DNA of 34,673 nt from Chlorokybus atmophyticus (lineage: Eukaryota > Plantae > Mesostigma and Chlorokybus algae). Made by a program: the position numbers and the translations under genes. The DNA is taken from contig RHPI01000003.1 in the NCBI GenBank assembly GCA_009103225.1, positions 183,185-217,857 on the forward strand. The letters run 5' to 3'. The notes beneath the pieces are model-generated. The model saw only the letters and a program-made list of their open reading frames with translations, was not told the origin of the DNA and did not search any database. Below, one piece after another: positions 23,501 through 34,673 of the stretch (within the stretch, counting starts at the first letter, position 1; every line of letters begins with the position of its first letter).

Positions 23501-23887
23501 GACTCTTACGCACAGATCCCGAGCTTCTTTGTCGCTTTCGTCGTGACCCCCCTCGCCTCCAACGCTTCCGAGGTCATCTCCTCCCTCGTGTTCGCCTCCA
23601 AGCGTCGCCGCCGCAACATCTCCCTGACCTACTCGCAAGTCTACGGCGCGATCGCGATGAACAACACGATGGCGTTGGGCACCTTCTTGGTGCTGGTGTA
23701 CGTGAGGGGACTGGAGTGGGATTTTACTAGTGAAGTGATGGTGGTGATGGTGACCACAACGCTGGTGGGGGTGCTGGGGAGTAGCAGGACCACGTTCAAG
23801 TCGTGGATGGCCATACCCGTGCTGATGTTGTATCCGATGAGTCTGGCGGCGGTGGTGCTACTCGACCACTGGTTCGGGTGGCGATGA
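20526..23887 (+). CDS. NCL: EF-hand-containing Na+/Ca2+ exchanger-like protein (NCL/EFCAX family), 7 coding exons
   Basis: Exons 20526-20827, 21268-21580, 21911-22045, 22261-22392, 22547-22699, 22860-23177 and 23516-23887, with phases matching. Motifs: CVETYGLLPC, GGLLLPLLGVFPDSLLIAVSG, EF-hand FDSQNTGTISVSEL, PLASNASEVISSLVFAS, C-terminal LYPMSLAAVVLLDHWFGWR*. An upstream exon cannot be excluded. Confidence 0.93.
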
Positions 23888-24318
23888 CCATAATGCGGGG
23901 AGACACACACGCACGCACGGTGTGCAAACACACGCATACACAGGTGCTTGTGTGAAGTACGTGCGCGCACATGCACGCGCACATACTTCAAACACCCATG
24001 CTCGCGCGTACACAGACACCACAAACACACGCGTTGTACTCGCGTGCATGTTCATACTTGATTCTTTTTGCTCGGCCCTTAGACGAGGTAGACTATAGTG
24101 GTAGGCCAAACAGTGAGCCATGCAAGGCACGCGAGTCGAATAACTCAGGGCAGCTGTGGAGTCAGCTTGCCTTGTTGCTGTATTGCGGGACAATAAATAC
24201 AGGTTGTCACTGAGGGTTGAGGCGTTGTTGAGTAGCACATTTACAAATGCGCATGAGCACACAGACACACGCGTGCATACAGATAAACGCACGCACACAC
24301 GCTCACTCAGCCCCCCCC

Positions 24319-24644
24319 NNNNNNNNNNNNNNNNNNNNNNNNNNNNNNNNNNNNNNNNNNNNNNNNNNNNNNNNNNNNNNNNNNNNNNNNNNNNNNNNNN
24401 NNNNNNNNNNNNNNNNNNNNNNNNNNNNNNNNNNNNNNNNNNNNNNNNNNNNNNNNNNNNNNNNNNNNNNNNNNNNNNNNNNNNNNNNNNNNNNNNNNNN
24501 NNNNNNNNNNNNNNNNNNNNNNNNNNNNNNNNNNNNNNNNNNNNNNNNNNNNNNNNNNNNNNNNNNNNNNNNNNNNNNNNNNNNNNNNNNNNNNNNNNNN
24601 NNNNNNNNNNNNNNNNNNNNNNNNNNNNNNNNNNNNNNNNNNNN
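24319..24644. other. Assembly gap (N run)
   Basis: Run of N. Confidence 0.98.
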
Positions 24645-26185
24645 TCCCCCCTTCTGTGCAATCCACGTCTGGAGTGTGTGTTTCATGTGTGTGTGGTGAC
24701 AATATGGTAATGTAAACCAACAATGCAATCAGTACATTAATTGCCATGCAGCCGCATAGTGCTGATCAGTGCGCGCACAGTATTTTTACGGCACATCCGT
24801 CTTTTCTGCTTGCAAACACACAACCCAGTCAATGCAAGAGTCCGACAGCCTGCGGGTTACACCTTGTATCTGCCGACAGCCGTGCATGACTCGCGTATCC
24901 GAAACTGCGCTAAGCACAGTGCCATGATATTGACCACCCAAGCTGCTAATGTCTCGCAAGCAAGCGCCCCTCGCGTGTGAGCATTAGATGCTGATTGTGC
25001 ACAGGTCAGGAGAGCGTTGAGGAAGGCAGCGATTGGGGGAATAATGGGGGGACACTCACATACTGCAGGTGGTTGTGTGCATGTGTGCGTTGACGCTGTG
25101 CTACATAGCATGCTAGTGCACTGCTGGGCTGGGGGGATTGTCTAGTACATGCGGCCTTCACGTGCAAGCGTTGCGCACTTGAACGCTGTGGCCAATGCTG
25201 TCCAGCATCTACAAGTTTTTACCATGAATTGAACCAGTACCTCGCTATCTGTGGGCTGACGAGGTCGGTTGAAACACAACTCTCTCTAATCAAGCAGTGC
25301 ATTACTCAATAAATTAATACTCTTCTAACAGTTCTGTTGCTTGGGCGGCAAGCCGACCGCTACTGTAGCTACTGCTAGCTAGGCGCACAGAAACGCATGC
25401 GCAGCAAGTTACCACAGACAAACCTTCAGCAAGCTTACCTGCAGCCTTGTGCATGGCCCCCGCCACCTGTCACGAGCAGGGAAGTAAGCAACAACGAGAC
25501 AACCAACAGCCACACACAACCGCACGCCGCCCTTGCCCCAACCACGCCTATGCAAAGCTAGGTGCGAGTTACCATGCTGTGGCCATTGCGCATTGTGCAG
25601 CGGCGGCGGCGGCGTGGTGAGCTGCTGTTAGTCGTCTTGTTGCTTTGAAAGCTAGCTTTCAGCTAGGCTTGGAGCTGCTGCCAAAGCTGGGTGCAACCAG
25701 CTGGTCTGGTGTCCAGCTGGGGGGGGGGATCCACCGCCCGACGCAAACATGTTGCTGGAAAGCCAGGCCAGGCAAGTGGTTGGACTTGGTGAGAAGGCGC
25801 GTTGGGCAGTGTGTGCTTTCGCGAGCTGACATGCTGGCAAACAGCGTTCATACGTACATGCACCCACAACCGAAGCGTTATGCGTTGCCAGTACATAAAC
25901 AGTAACACAGTTTCACTCTTCGCGCAATGCTACAACTGGTGTGCGCGTGCTATGTGCAAGTGCGTGTGCATTCGCTCCCATGCCAAAACATGCACATATG
26001 CTAGTCTGTCGTCGTGTATGCAAGTGCAGTGATTGTGCAAAGTCGCAGCAACACAACAGTCCTGCGCTGCTTTGCCTGCGCTTGGGGATCTCAAACAGAA
26101 TCTCTACTGATTGTAACTTTTGAGTCGCAGCACTCCAATCGGCTGAGTTGCATGGACAGTTTACCTCTGTTTGCTTGTGTGCAGC

Positions 26186-27049
26186 ATGCAGATGCCACAT
26201 GCGGAACAACAGGCCGATGCAGCTTGGTTATCACGAGTTGTGGACAACGGCGACCTGGTGCGTTCAATTATCAACTTCTTATGTCCGAAAGACGGTGCGC
26301 GGGCCCGCTGCGTCAACAAGCTGTGGAAGCATGCAGCCGATGATGTCGAGGATGAGAACTACCAGCGGAGGTGGCCAAACCACCCATTGCTTAGGGCTCA
26401 CGTACATCTCTGTTACGCGAAGATGGCGCACAACCTGTCACAGAGTCCGCATGCACAAGACCTTCATGAGATGGCCTTCATCACGGCAAAGTATAATGGA
26501 CTCACCCTGCTCTTGCCACGTGATGCTGAGCCATGGACTGAGGAGGAGTACCATGGGAGTAGGGAGTACAGTGGAGATAACATCCATGGATACAACAACG
26601 ACAAGGACCACATTGTCATTCCAGCAACTCGTGAGGCGCTCCGAGTCTTAGCCGATTGCATGACGCAAAGCATTGTCATAGACATGTTCGTGGTGCGTGT
26701 TGAGGACGGTGAGCTGCTGCACGTCCAAGCAGGCAGAGAGTCTCTTTTCCAGCACGCGTGGTATATCGGTCGTGCTACTGTGAGCATGAGTGATATAGCT
26801 CCATATGGGGCGCACATCCATATTCCCACATCCCTGCAAGTCCCTATCTCCAAGTTCACACACGGCGACCAAACCCCAGAAGACCTTGAGCTTGACTTTG
26901 TTTTCAAGCGAGTTCAGAGGCGGGATGGCGACCGTAATGAAGCGATGTTTGTCCTGAGACACGCGCACTGGTATCTGTTACAAGATAAGTACTTGTGGGA
27001 GAACCCTTGCAAGGGTTTGCTGAACGAATGCAGACATACTTGTTTTTAA
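26186..27049 (+). CDS. Intronless F-box-like protein
   Basis: Open frame of about 287 aa with normal amino-acid complexity. The N-terminus LSRVVDNGDLVRSIINFLCPKDGARARCVNKLWKHAA fits the F-box pattern; the C-terminal region is not recognised. Start at 26186 or 26192; an acceptor AG just upstream suggests a 5' intron. Confidence 0.7.
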   Translation: MQMPHAEQQADAAWLSRVVDNGDLVRSIINFLCPKDGARARCVNKLWKHAADDVEDENYQRRWPNHPLLRAHVHLCYAKMAHNLSQSPHAQDLHEMAFITAKYNGLTLLLPRDAEPWTEEEYHGSREYSGDNIHGYNNDKDHIVIPATREALRVLADCMTQSIVIDMFVVRVEDGELLHVQAGRESLFQHAWYIGRATVSMSDIAPYGAHIHIPTSLQVPISKFTHGDQTPEDLELDFVFKRVQRRDGDRNEAMFVLRHAHWYLLQDKYLWENPCKGLLNECRHTCF

Positions 27050-28089
27050 TAGGCTGAATTTTTTGCTACCTTTGACATGACATCACACCGGGCTTTCCCG
27101 TGAGCGCCCGCGGTGAAATGTGTGTGCGTGCGTGTTGGCACATCTGTGCGCGCTCAAGCGAATGTGTGCAAGTGCATGCGGGTGCCTGCGCACGTGCTTA
27201 CGTGTGTGCATGTGTGTATGCGTGTCTTGTCATTTCAGTATAGCGGTTTGCTGCAATGCTTCCAACTTCCAACTCAATACATTGAGTGAAGGTGAGCGTT
27301 AAACCGTTGCATGCGTACATTTCCAGCAAGTTTTGCAATACACGCCATATGCACGACAACACGCTATTGCAATCAGACTCTTGCGTGCATATGCGTTTTA
27401 CCCGATGTGTGGGCAGGTACAGGTGCATCCGGCACCTGGCAGACATGGGTTGGGCACGGTCAACATTGCGGGCGTGGTTGTCAGTCTGGTCTTGCCCACA
27501 GAGCACACTTCTGTCCATCATATTGCCCTAGGCATTTTGTCTCAAGTGACTGTACTGTCATCAACAAGGCTAGTGCGCAATCAGCGCACATCTCAAACTA
27601 CATCACCCCTTCACCCAATGCCAAGCACACGACTGCTCCTCCTTGCCCACGTACGCACGCAGACCCGCGCATGCACACATGCGTTCTTTCAAGCATGAGG
27701 CCCTCATCAGTGATGAGTCATCACAGCGCCGGGCGCCCTGACGCATCCGCGCGTGAGTGACCGATGCAGCCGGTACATGCGCTGCACTGCACCTTGCAAG
27801 TCCTCCTTGGCCTGCAAAAACCCACACAACACCCCACACACACATTGCCATGAATGGCAACTCAACACGCATACACATGACGCGCGTGCACACGCACATA
27901 CACATGCGTGCACGCACGCACGCACCTACACATGCGCATACACAGGCAGACACACACGTGCACGCTGTCGCACGCGCACACGCACGCACCCTCCCACCCA
28001 CGCCAAGACACCCGTGCACGCACCCAAGCACACGCACACCCACGCCCACCCACACTCTCTCTCCCTCACCCCTACCCTACCTTCATGTG

Positions 28090-28380
28090 CACCATGACGG
28101 CATTCTCTCTCACCATCCTGCACCTCGTCCCTGCGTCGTGGCATCACGTGCACGCACACGTGCGCAGACAAATGCCTGCACGCACAAATACGCGCCTAGG
28201 CACGCGCACACACGCACACCCGCAATCATAGTCTCCCAAACGTACCAGCTTTGGTGGTGCAGGCCCCCGCATCAGCCACAACTCATCGACTGCGAGCGCG
28301 ACGAGGACGCACACACGCGCACAAAGCAAACAGTCTCGCAGCCGCCCTCTGGCTCTTCCTGCTCCCTCGGATCACCTTGG
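28090..28380 (-). pseudogene. Inverted, decayed copy of the first exon(s) of the GT31 gene
   Basis: Reads VLVALAVDELWLMRGPAPPKL|GTACG versus ALVALAVAEMWLMGGTPAPPNM|GTACG at about 33315-33386. A 4-nt TGTG insertion breaks the frame. A weaker match to exon 2 (GTGATG..ACGACGCAG..CGAGG) lies at about 28100-28147. Confidence 0.7.
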
Positions 28381-29270
28381 TAGGGGTCTGTTGTGGGTGG
28401 GTGGGTGGGCTGTCAGGTTGCGTGCACCTGTGTGTGGACGGTGGTGTGATTCGGTGCAACTAGTACAGTAGACGTATTGCACCCGCAACGGCACACAGAC
28501 GGACGTGTGCACATGCCTAAGCACACGCGCGAGTGCGCACACGTATACGCATGCACGCAGACGCACATGCGCTTATAAGTACCTTGTGGCTCGTGCATAC
28601 ATTGATTTTTTTTATTGTTTTTTTTATTGTTTTTTTTCGTTGTGTTTGCGTATGCATGTCTGCGCGTGTCCTCGCACAAGCGAGTGCGTGCGGTGCGCAT
28701 GCGTACATGTCCGCACGTATGTGCATGCGGGCACGTGTGTGCATGCGCGTATGCGTGTCTTGTCATCTCATGACACAGCGGACTTCTGCTGCAACGCTTT
28801 CCAACTAAAGATGTTGGGTGAAATAACTTCACCAACTGAGCGCCATGCGCGTCATGCCAGGCCGCCATCACTGCAGAACAACTGTTGGGCAATGCTGTCC
28901 TGAGCTTTCACCTAACTGAGGTAAAAGCTCGGGACAGGACATACTGAATAACTATTGCGTTGGCACTGCTTTGGCAAAGCTCTCAGTGTGCGCGAACAAC
29001 AGTCCCACAACATTCATGACCTTGTATCGCAGTAGATTTGCATCAAGTCAACAATCACCCAACAAAGCAGGGTACAGCCTTTGTGAGACGTGTTATCAAT
29101 GGACAACCTTTCTACCTGACCCATACACGTGTGCGGCCTAACCTACACTTGAATTTCCACACGGACCAGATAAGACAACTTCATCATAAGCCCGATACCA
29201 TGGTCGTTGTGGCGCCGGCAGTTTTCTAGTTATCAAACTCAAAACCATATCAATCGATGTATCGACAAAA

Positions 29271-31932
29271 CTATATCAGTTTGAACTCGGGCAGGTCGAT
29301 GACGGTGATGCGTGTGTTGGCACGCGCGCGCTCCCGTTCCACGTGGGTGTTGTATCCCCACGTGCCAAGATACAACTTCCATCCGTCCAGCGCGGGGTCC
29401 TATATTGCACCAAAATAGACACAACTCAAAAAGACAAAACCACAAGTGTCACCACAGCGTGACGTCTTGCTCACTAACCAGTCACACACCTTGATGACGT
29501 TCTCCAGTGTTACGAGTCGGTCCTCCACGAAGTGAAGCACGTGGCCGGGATGCTCCAACTGTAAGCGCTTAAGGACCTGCGTACGGCAGAGTGTATGACA
29601 TGTAATTGATTTATACGCTTACACACACAGTGCGTGCGTGCGTAGACACGCAAACGCACAGGCGCACACACAAATACAGGAACACACGTGCGTACACATG
29701 CGTGTGTGCGCGCGCACCCACACAGACGTGCACGCATACCCGCGCGCGCGTGAGAGTGTGTCTGTGCACTCATAAGCATGCATGCAGGCGCGCAACCACA
29801 CGTGCCACACACGGCGCACGCATAGCCTCACCCGGACACAAGCGCACACAGGCTCTCGACCAATCAGAATCGACCTCACAATCAACCCTTGCGGCAACCA
29901 ACACTCGCAAGCATCGGCTCACCTCCACTTTGGGTCCCGCCTCCAAGTCGTACACCCTCTCTTCCGGAAAATCCCCGATCCCCGCAAGTCTTTCCAGCAA
30001 CGCGATCGCAAACCTCCTCTGCTTCGTCGTGACAATGTACACCTGAGAGACCCACCACCACACATCACCACCTGTCTCTCTCTCAACAACATCGACGTGA
30101 TAGCATCTCACGCACCTCCGATGATGCGAAGCGGAGGGCGTCGGCCACGCCCGGGTAGATGCGGTTCGCGGAGAGCCACGTGTCGATGTCGGAGGAGATC
30201 CAGCGGTCGCGGACGGAGCCGAAGAGGTGGACGAGGGACTCGCGCTCGAGAGATAACCTGTGTGAGGACTTGATGAAGACACAAGTACATGTAGTAACAA
30301 CAACAGTGACCGTGGTGTGAAAACAGTATGTGGACTTGTGTTGGTTGCTCGAGTCTATAACCATAGTGGTAAGCCATGTGGACTTGTGTTGAACGAGAAA
30401 ACACAAGTCCACGTAGTGAGCACTGTAACCGATACCAGCGGCTCCCTGCGAACCCAATTGTGCGGACAACCACGGCGCGAGGACAGCATGTGGATTTGTG
30501 TTGTTGAGGCAAACCCGCATGACAAGCACAACTTGTGGATTTGTGTGCTGCTCGCACGACTCCAGAGAGTGCTCACTGGACTTGTCGACACCGACGCGCG
30601 CACACAACACAAGTCCACGTAGTGCGCTCATGTTTCTGTGGTCTGTGCTGTCTGGACAAGTGTACGAAGTGAACACTACGTGAACTTGTGTTTTGTTTAA
30701 AGAACACCAACGGTACTCTTCAAAGCGCACTGTGCGATGGACAATCATGGGGTGAGGACACTACGTGAACTTGTGTGTTGCAGGCACAAGTCCGCCTCAA
30801 AGATCACTACCTGGACTCGCGTGAACGACACATGTCCACATAGTGATAACCGTGCGGACGCGTGAGGAGTCACAAAGCACAGCAACACTGCCGTATGAAT
30901 GAGGACTTCGTGGACGTGCATTGCTGACTTGAGTCAAGTTGTTGTTGACACAAGTTGACAACAATACAAGTACACATGGTGCTCATGTTCATTACCTTTG
31001 CATTGCGGCGGTTTTAATGGTGGGCCAGTCGGCGAGGATGTCTTTCACCACGTCCTTGCCGTCGCACAACGCTTCGTACAACAGACGCACGAGGATCACG
31101 TTCTCGTAACCCGTCTCCACAACTGGACGCACCTGACGGGTACATGTGCGCGCATATGTGCGCGCGCGTGCGTGTTTGTGCTTGCGCGTTATGAGAAGAG
31201 TGCACTTGTCACAGTGTTTATGCGCATACATGCACATGCGAGAACACATGCTTGCACGCTTGTATGTGTACGTGCACAAGTTCACACAGACATGCGCGCG
31301 CGCACCTACACGCATAAGTCTACATGTGTTTCTTGTATACAAACATGTTTGTGTTATAAATATAACCAAACAACTGCGCACGCTCGCGCGAGCCCAGACA
31401 CAGATACACAGCAAAACTTCTTATACCCCAGCACAGAGCACTTTGTTGCAACAAGACATACGACAACTTACGGTCCGCATTTGCTCAAGTATGGTCTCCT
31501 TCTGCGAGTCCGTCATGCGCTCAAACACATCGGGCCACAGCTCTTGTGCAGCCTGCAAGACAAGTGTTGACGACAACGACAACAACAACAACAACAACCA
31601 CAACAAGTAAACATGTATACTTGTTGCAGGTATGTTTGTGTGTTGACCACACTACACGCGCGTGTTGCACACATATATGTGTAACACAGCACACTTGTAT
31701 CTTGTGTGTTTTGCAATGGTGTTGCGTCAAACACACAAGCGCACACAACCACTACAACACAAGTACACGACACACATGTGAAACAACAAGTAGCATAACA
31801 CGCATGTTGTCGTCGTCGTCATCCACGATACATGCTTACTATCACGGCTGAGCGCGAGCTCTCGCCGCAGCTGTCGCAGATGACGCCATCGAAATCCAAC
31901 GCATACACGTGGCGCTCCCCTCCTCCCGCCAT
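29271..31932 (-). CDS. HAD-superfamily hydrolase, plant/algal family (Arabidopsis At2g45990-like), 7 coding exons, about 262 aa
   Basis: Exons 31932-31840, 31552-31472, 31132-30996, 30257-30116, 30042-29923, 29576-29490 and 29399-29271, all GT-AG and in phase. Motifs: YALDFDGVICDSCGES, RPVVETGYEN, NRIYPGVADAL, YIVTTKQ, HFVEDRL, LYLGTWGYNT. An acceptor just upstream of the Met suggests additional 5' exon(s), possibly a targeting peptide. Confidence 0.93.
30280..30975. repeat. Intronic fold-back repeat of the motif ACACAAGTCCACGTAGTG in both orientations
   Basis: Copies at 30328-42 (rev), 30376-90 (rev), 30400-18 (fwd), 30607-24 (fwd), 30674-91 (rev) and 30759-76 (rev), plus degenerate copies. 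Confidence 0.8.
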
Positions 31933-33198
31933 GTTGGGAACTATCCAAAACACAAAGCACACGCACACGCATCATAACATCTGCTGTTGAGCTGAGGTTG
32001 TGCCACGATGGTAAGTGTGTGACGTAAGCACAAGCACGCGCACGCATCGCTTGTGCAGCACATCGGTCACATGGCTGATAGCGACAATGATGGTGTTGCT
32101 GACGAGCAAGGAGAAGGAGGAGGTGGCGGTGGTGGTGGTGGTGGCGGTGGGCATGCACCTCGGTGTGGTCTGGCAGGCTAGGAGATGTGTTGACCACGGC
32201 GGCGGAGCTTAAGCCGCCGGCGACGGCTGTGACACCACCGTATGTTGCCACACCATCGCCGCCGCCGCCGCCCGCCTGCAGGAGGATCTGTCTGCCTAAA
32301 GCAGCGGCCTGGTGGTGGTCCCATTGAGGCGGGCGGCGGCAGGTGCATGGGCGTGGGGGTCGGCGGCGCTGTGGGTGTGGAGTGAGTGATAGTGTGACAC
32401 ACACGCAAGCACGCACGCACGCACGCACGCTGACACAGGACATGCTTGAAGGCGGAGGACACAAGGAGAAGCGGGTAGAGGCTGCTTCGGGCATGTGATT
32501 AGGTGTGTGCACTTGGATCTTGGAGTTGATGTCGTGTGGGTTGTGTGAGTGTCTGTGTCTGTGTGAAGTTCTGTTTTCCCCCAGCGGCAAAGCTTGCTTG
32601 TGCTGCTCCTGCATGCAGAACTGCTATTGCATTGCTATATGGTATACTATTTGAGTTGTTTGAGGAGATACCACCCATACACCCACGTGCAACAACGTAT
32701 GACAATGCACATTGCAGCACCTGGTAGGTGCACGTGTGCACGTGTGCGCACTTGCACGTGTGTGTGTGTGTACGGGGTGCTCCATCAAACATGCGCACTC
32801 TGTTGCTGCATTGCTTCACATGCATGCACAGCATCATCACATACACCACCACCATACCATCTAAGTCTGCTACTGCCTGGCTATGTGTCTACTCTCCCTA
32901 AGCTAAGCTACGCATGCACAGCCCCCAACAATGAGCAGTAGCTGCAATACCTGTTTCACACGGCGCTCAATATTGGTGTTGTTGTTGCTGGCGAGCCCAC
33001 ACGCATCATGCAGCCCAAACGGACTCCCTCCCCCCCCCTCCGACATGTGTGCATGCATGCGCACGTGTCCCCGTGTGCACGGGCGCGTGTGCCTATGCGT
33101 GTGCGTGTTGGGTACAGTGCGTTTGATACACCTAACTGCAGTGCCGCAAGACAACCGTTTCACGCAAGCAGGCACGCGACTGAACAGGCTCACCCACC

Positions 33199-34239
33199 AT
33201 GTCGCTCCGCTCCTCCTCCTCCTCCTCCTCCGTCTCCCCCACCTGGCGCCGCCACCTCCGCCACCTCAGAGCCGCCAGCAGACGACAGCTCCACACCGTC
33301 GCGTTGTGCGCGTGCGCCCTCGTCGCGCTCGCGGTGGCGGAGATGTGGCTGATGGGGGGGACGCCCGCACCACCCAACATGGTACGCGTGGCGTGCGTGC
33401 GCGTGTGCGTGCGTGTGCGTGCGTAATGGAGTTATGTACTTTTACTCAGGCTCGCAGTGTGGAGGCGGACTTTGTGGCGGTGATGACAACGACGCAGTCG
33501 AGGCACGCGCTGGTCGAGGCCGGCAGGGCCACGTGGCGCAACCTCGGGGTAAAGCTGCGCACGGCTGTCGTCACCAACACCAGCACATTCCCCACACATC
33601 CCTCGCATGAGGTGTGCTTGAGGCGTGCCTGTATCCTTGGTGTGTCCGCGCGCGAGCACATGTTGGTACCTGTGTGCGGGTGTGTGTGTTTGTGGGTGGG
33701 TGGGCACACACATGCATGTTTGCATATGTGTATGTGCACGTCTGGTTGCATGTGGGTGGTGGGTCGTGGTGATGGTGGTGGTGGTGGTGGTGTAAGACTT
33801 GACTGAGCGTGCTCACGCAATTGCTAGCGCATTCACACGTGTGTGTGCGCAAACACCACAACTACAGTCGGTATGGACAGTTGTGGACACATCTCATGCA
33901 CATACACATCACATCACACCTTACAGGTGTGGCACGCGTACCCCGACACGATGGGCTTCGGTCCCGCCTACTTCGCCGGCGACCCCAGAATGGTGTTCAG
34001 GTATAATATCTTCATCATCATCATCACATGCCAACACTCCACACACACCCAACATGTCTCCCTGCTGTTGTGCCTCCAGTTTGATGTGGGCCAACCTGAC
34101 CTTCGTGGCCGGCGGGTACAAGTGGCTTCTCTTTGGCGACGACGACACGTTCTTCGTGCTGCACAACGCCGCGCGGCTCGTTGCCGGACTCGATAGCGAC
34201 GTGCCGTATATCATCACGGACGCCCTCAACTACTGGCAG
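33199..34239 (+). CDS. Fringe-like GT31 glycosyltransferase, 5' part (continues beyond the window)
   Basis: Exons 33199-33381, 33450-33611, 33927-34000 and 34080-34239, in phase. N-terminal type II membrane anchor and motif YKWLLFGDDDTFF...LDSDVPY (DxD). Transcribed divergently from the HAD gene. Confidence 0.85.
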
Positions 34240-34642
34240 GTATGGGAGAGTTGCGTTTGCTACATACACATACATGTGTGCACAGTCACATACGTGTGTA
34301 CAGTCACAAAACCATGGATATACCCGAAAGTACATATAATGACGCACAGTGATGTACACATATACGAGCATGTTGAAACACATGTACGTACTCAGCAATG
34401 CCGTCATGCGCTGCTCAGTTACCGCTAGTATAGGAACATACCCATGCAGGCAGGCAGGCATCCGTGCGCACACACAGAGGCACACAGGGCCATGTGTGTA
34501 CATGTATGCGCGCGTGCGCGCGCGCGCGCACGCACTCACACACACACATGGTCATGTGGGTACACGCGTACAGATGCGCACATGCACCCAAGTGTACCTC
34601 CACCCAGACACACACACATCATCCCACGCATCTGCACCCTGT

Positions 34643-34673
<31 letters not shown>

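Overview
Eukaryotic genomic DNA, most likely a flagellated green alga (chlorophyte or early streptophyte; inferred, not identified). Exons are GC-rich, introns are filled with (CA)/(GCAC)-type repeats, and there are two N gaps. I spliced four host genes by hand, with reading frame kept at every junction: DRC1/CCDC164 (minus, 309-4238), an EF-hand Na+/Ca2+ exchanger-like NCL gene (plus, 20526-23887, one GC-AG intron), a plant-type HAD hydrolase (minus, 29271-31932) and the 5' part of a Fringe-like GT31 glycosyltransferase (plus, from 33199). There is also an intronless F-box-like ORF (26186-27049). Between DRC1 and NCL lies a roughly 15-kb lower-GC island of decayed material: two paralogous ankyrin-like pseudogenes, a TA-flanked TIR element (5582-7492), and a roughly 6.2-kb element with imperfect TIRs carrying a decayed SET-domain gene and a divergent Cys-rich gene. 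The best candidate for something new is a complete 532-bp miniature LTR retroelement (TRIM, 10326-10857) with a target-site duplication, primer-binding site and polypurine tract. It carries a tRNA-like Pol III promoter split across the 5' LTR (A box) and the internal domain (B box), with the primer-binding site in place of the anticodon arm. All family assignments come from motifs recognised by eye; no searches were run.
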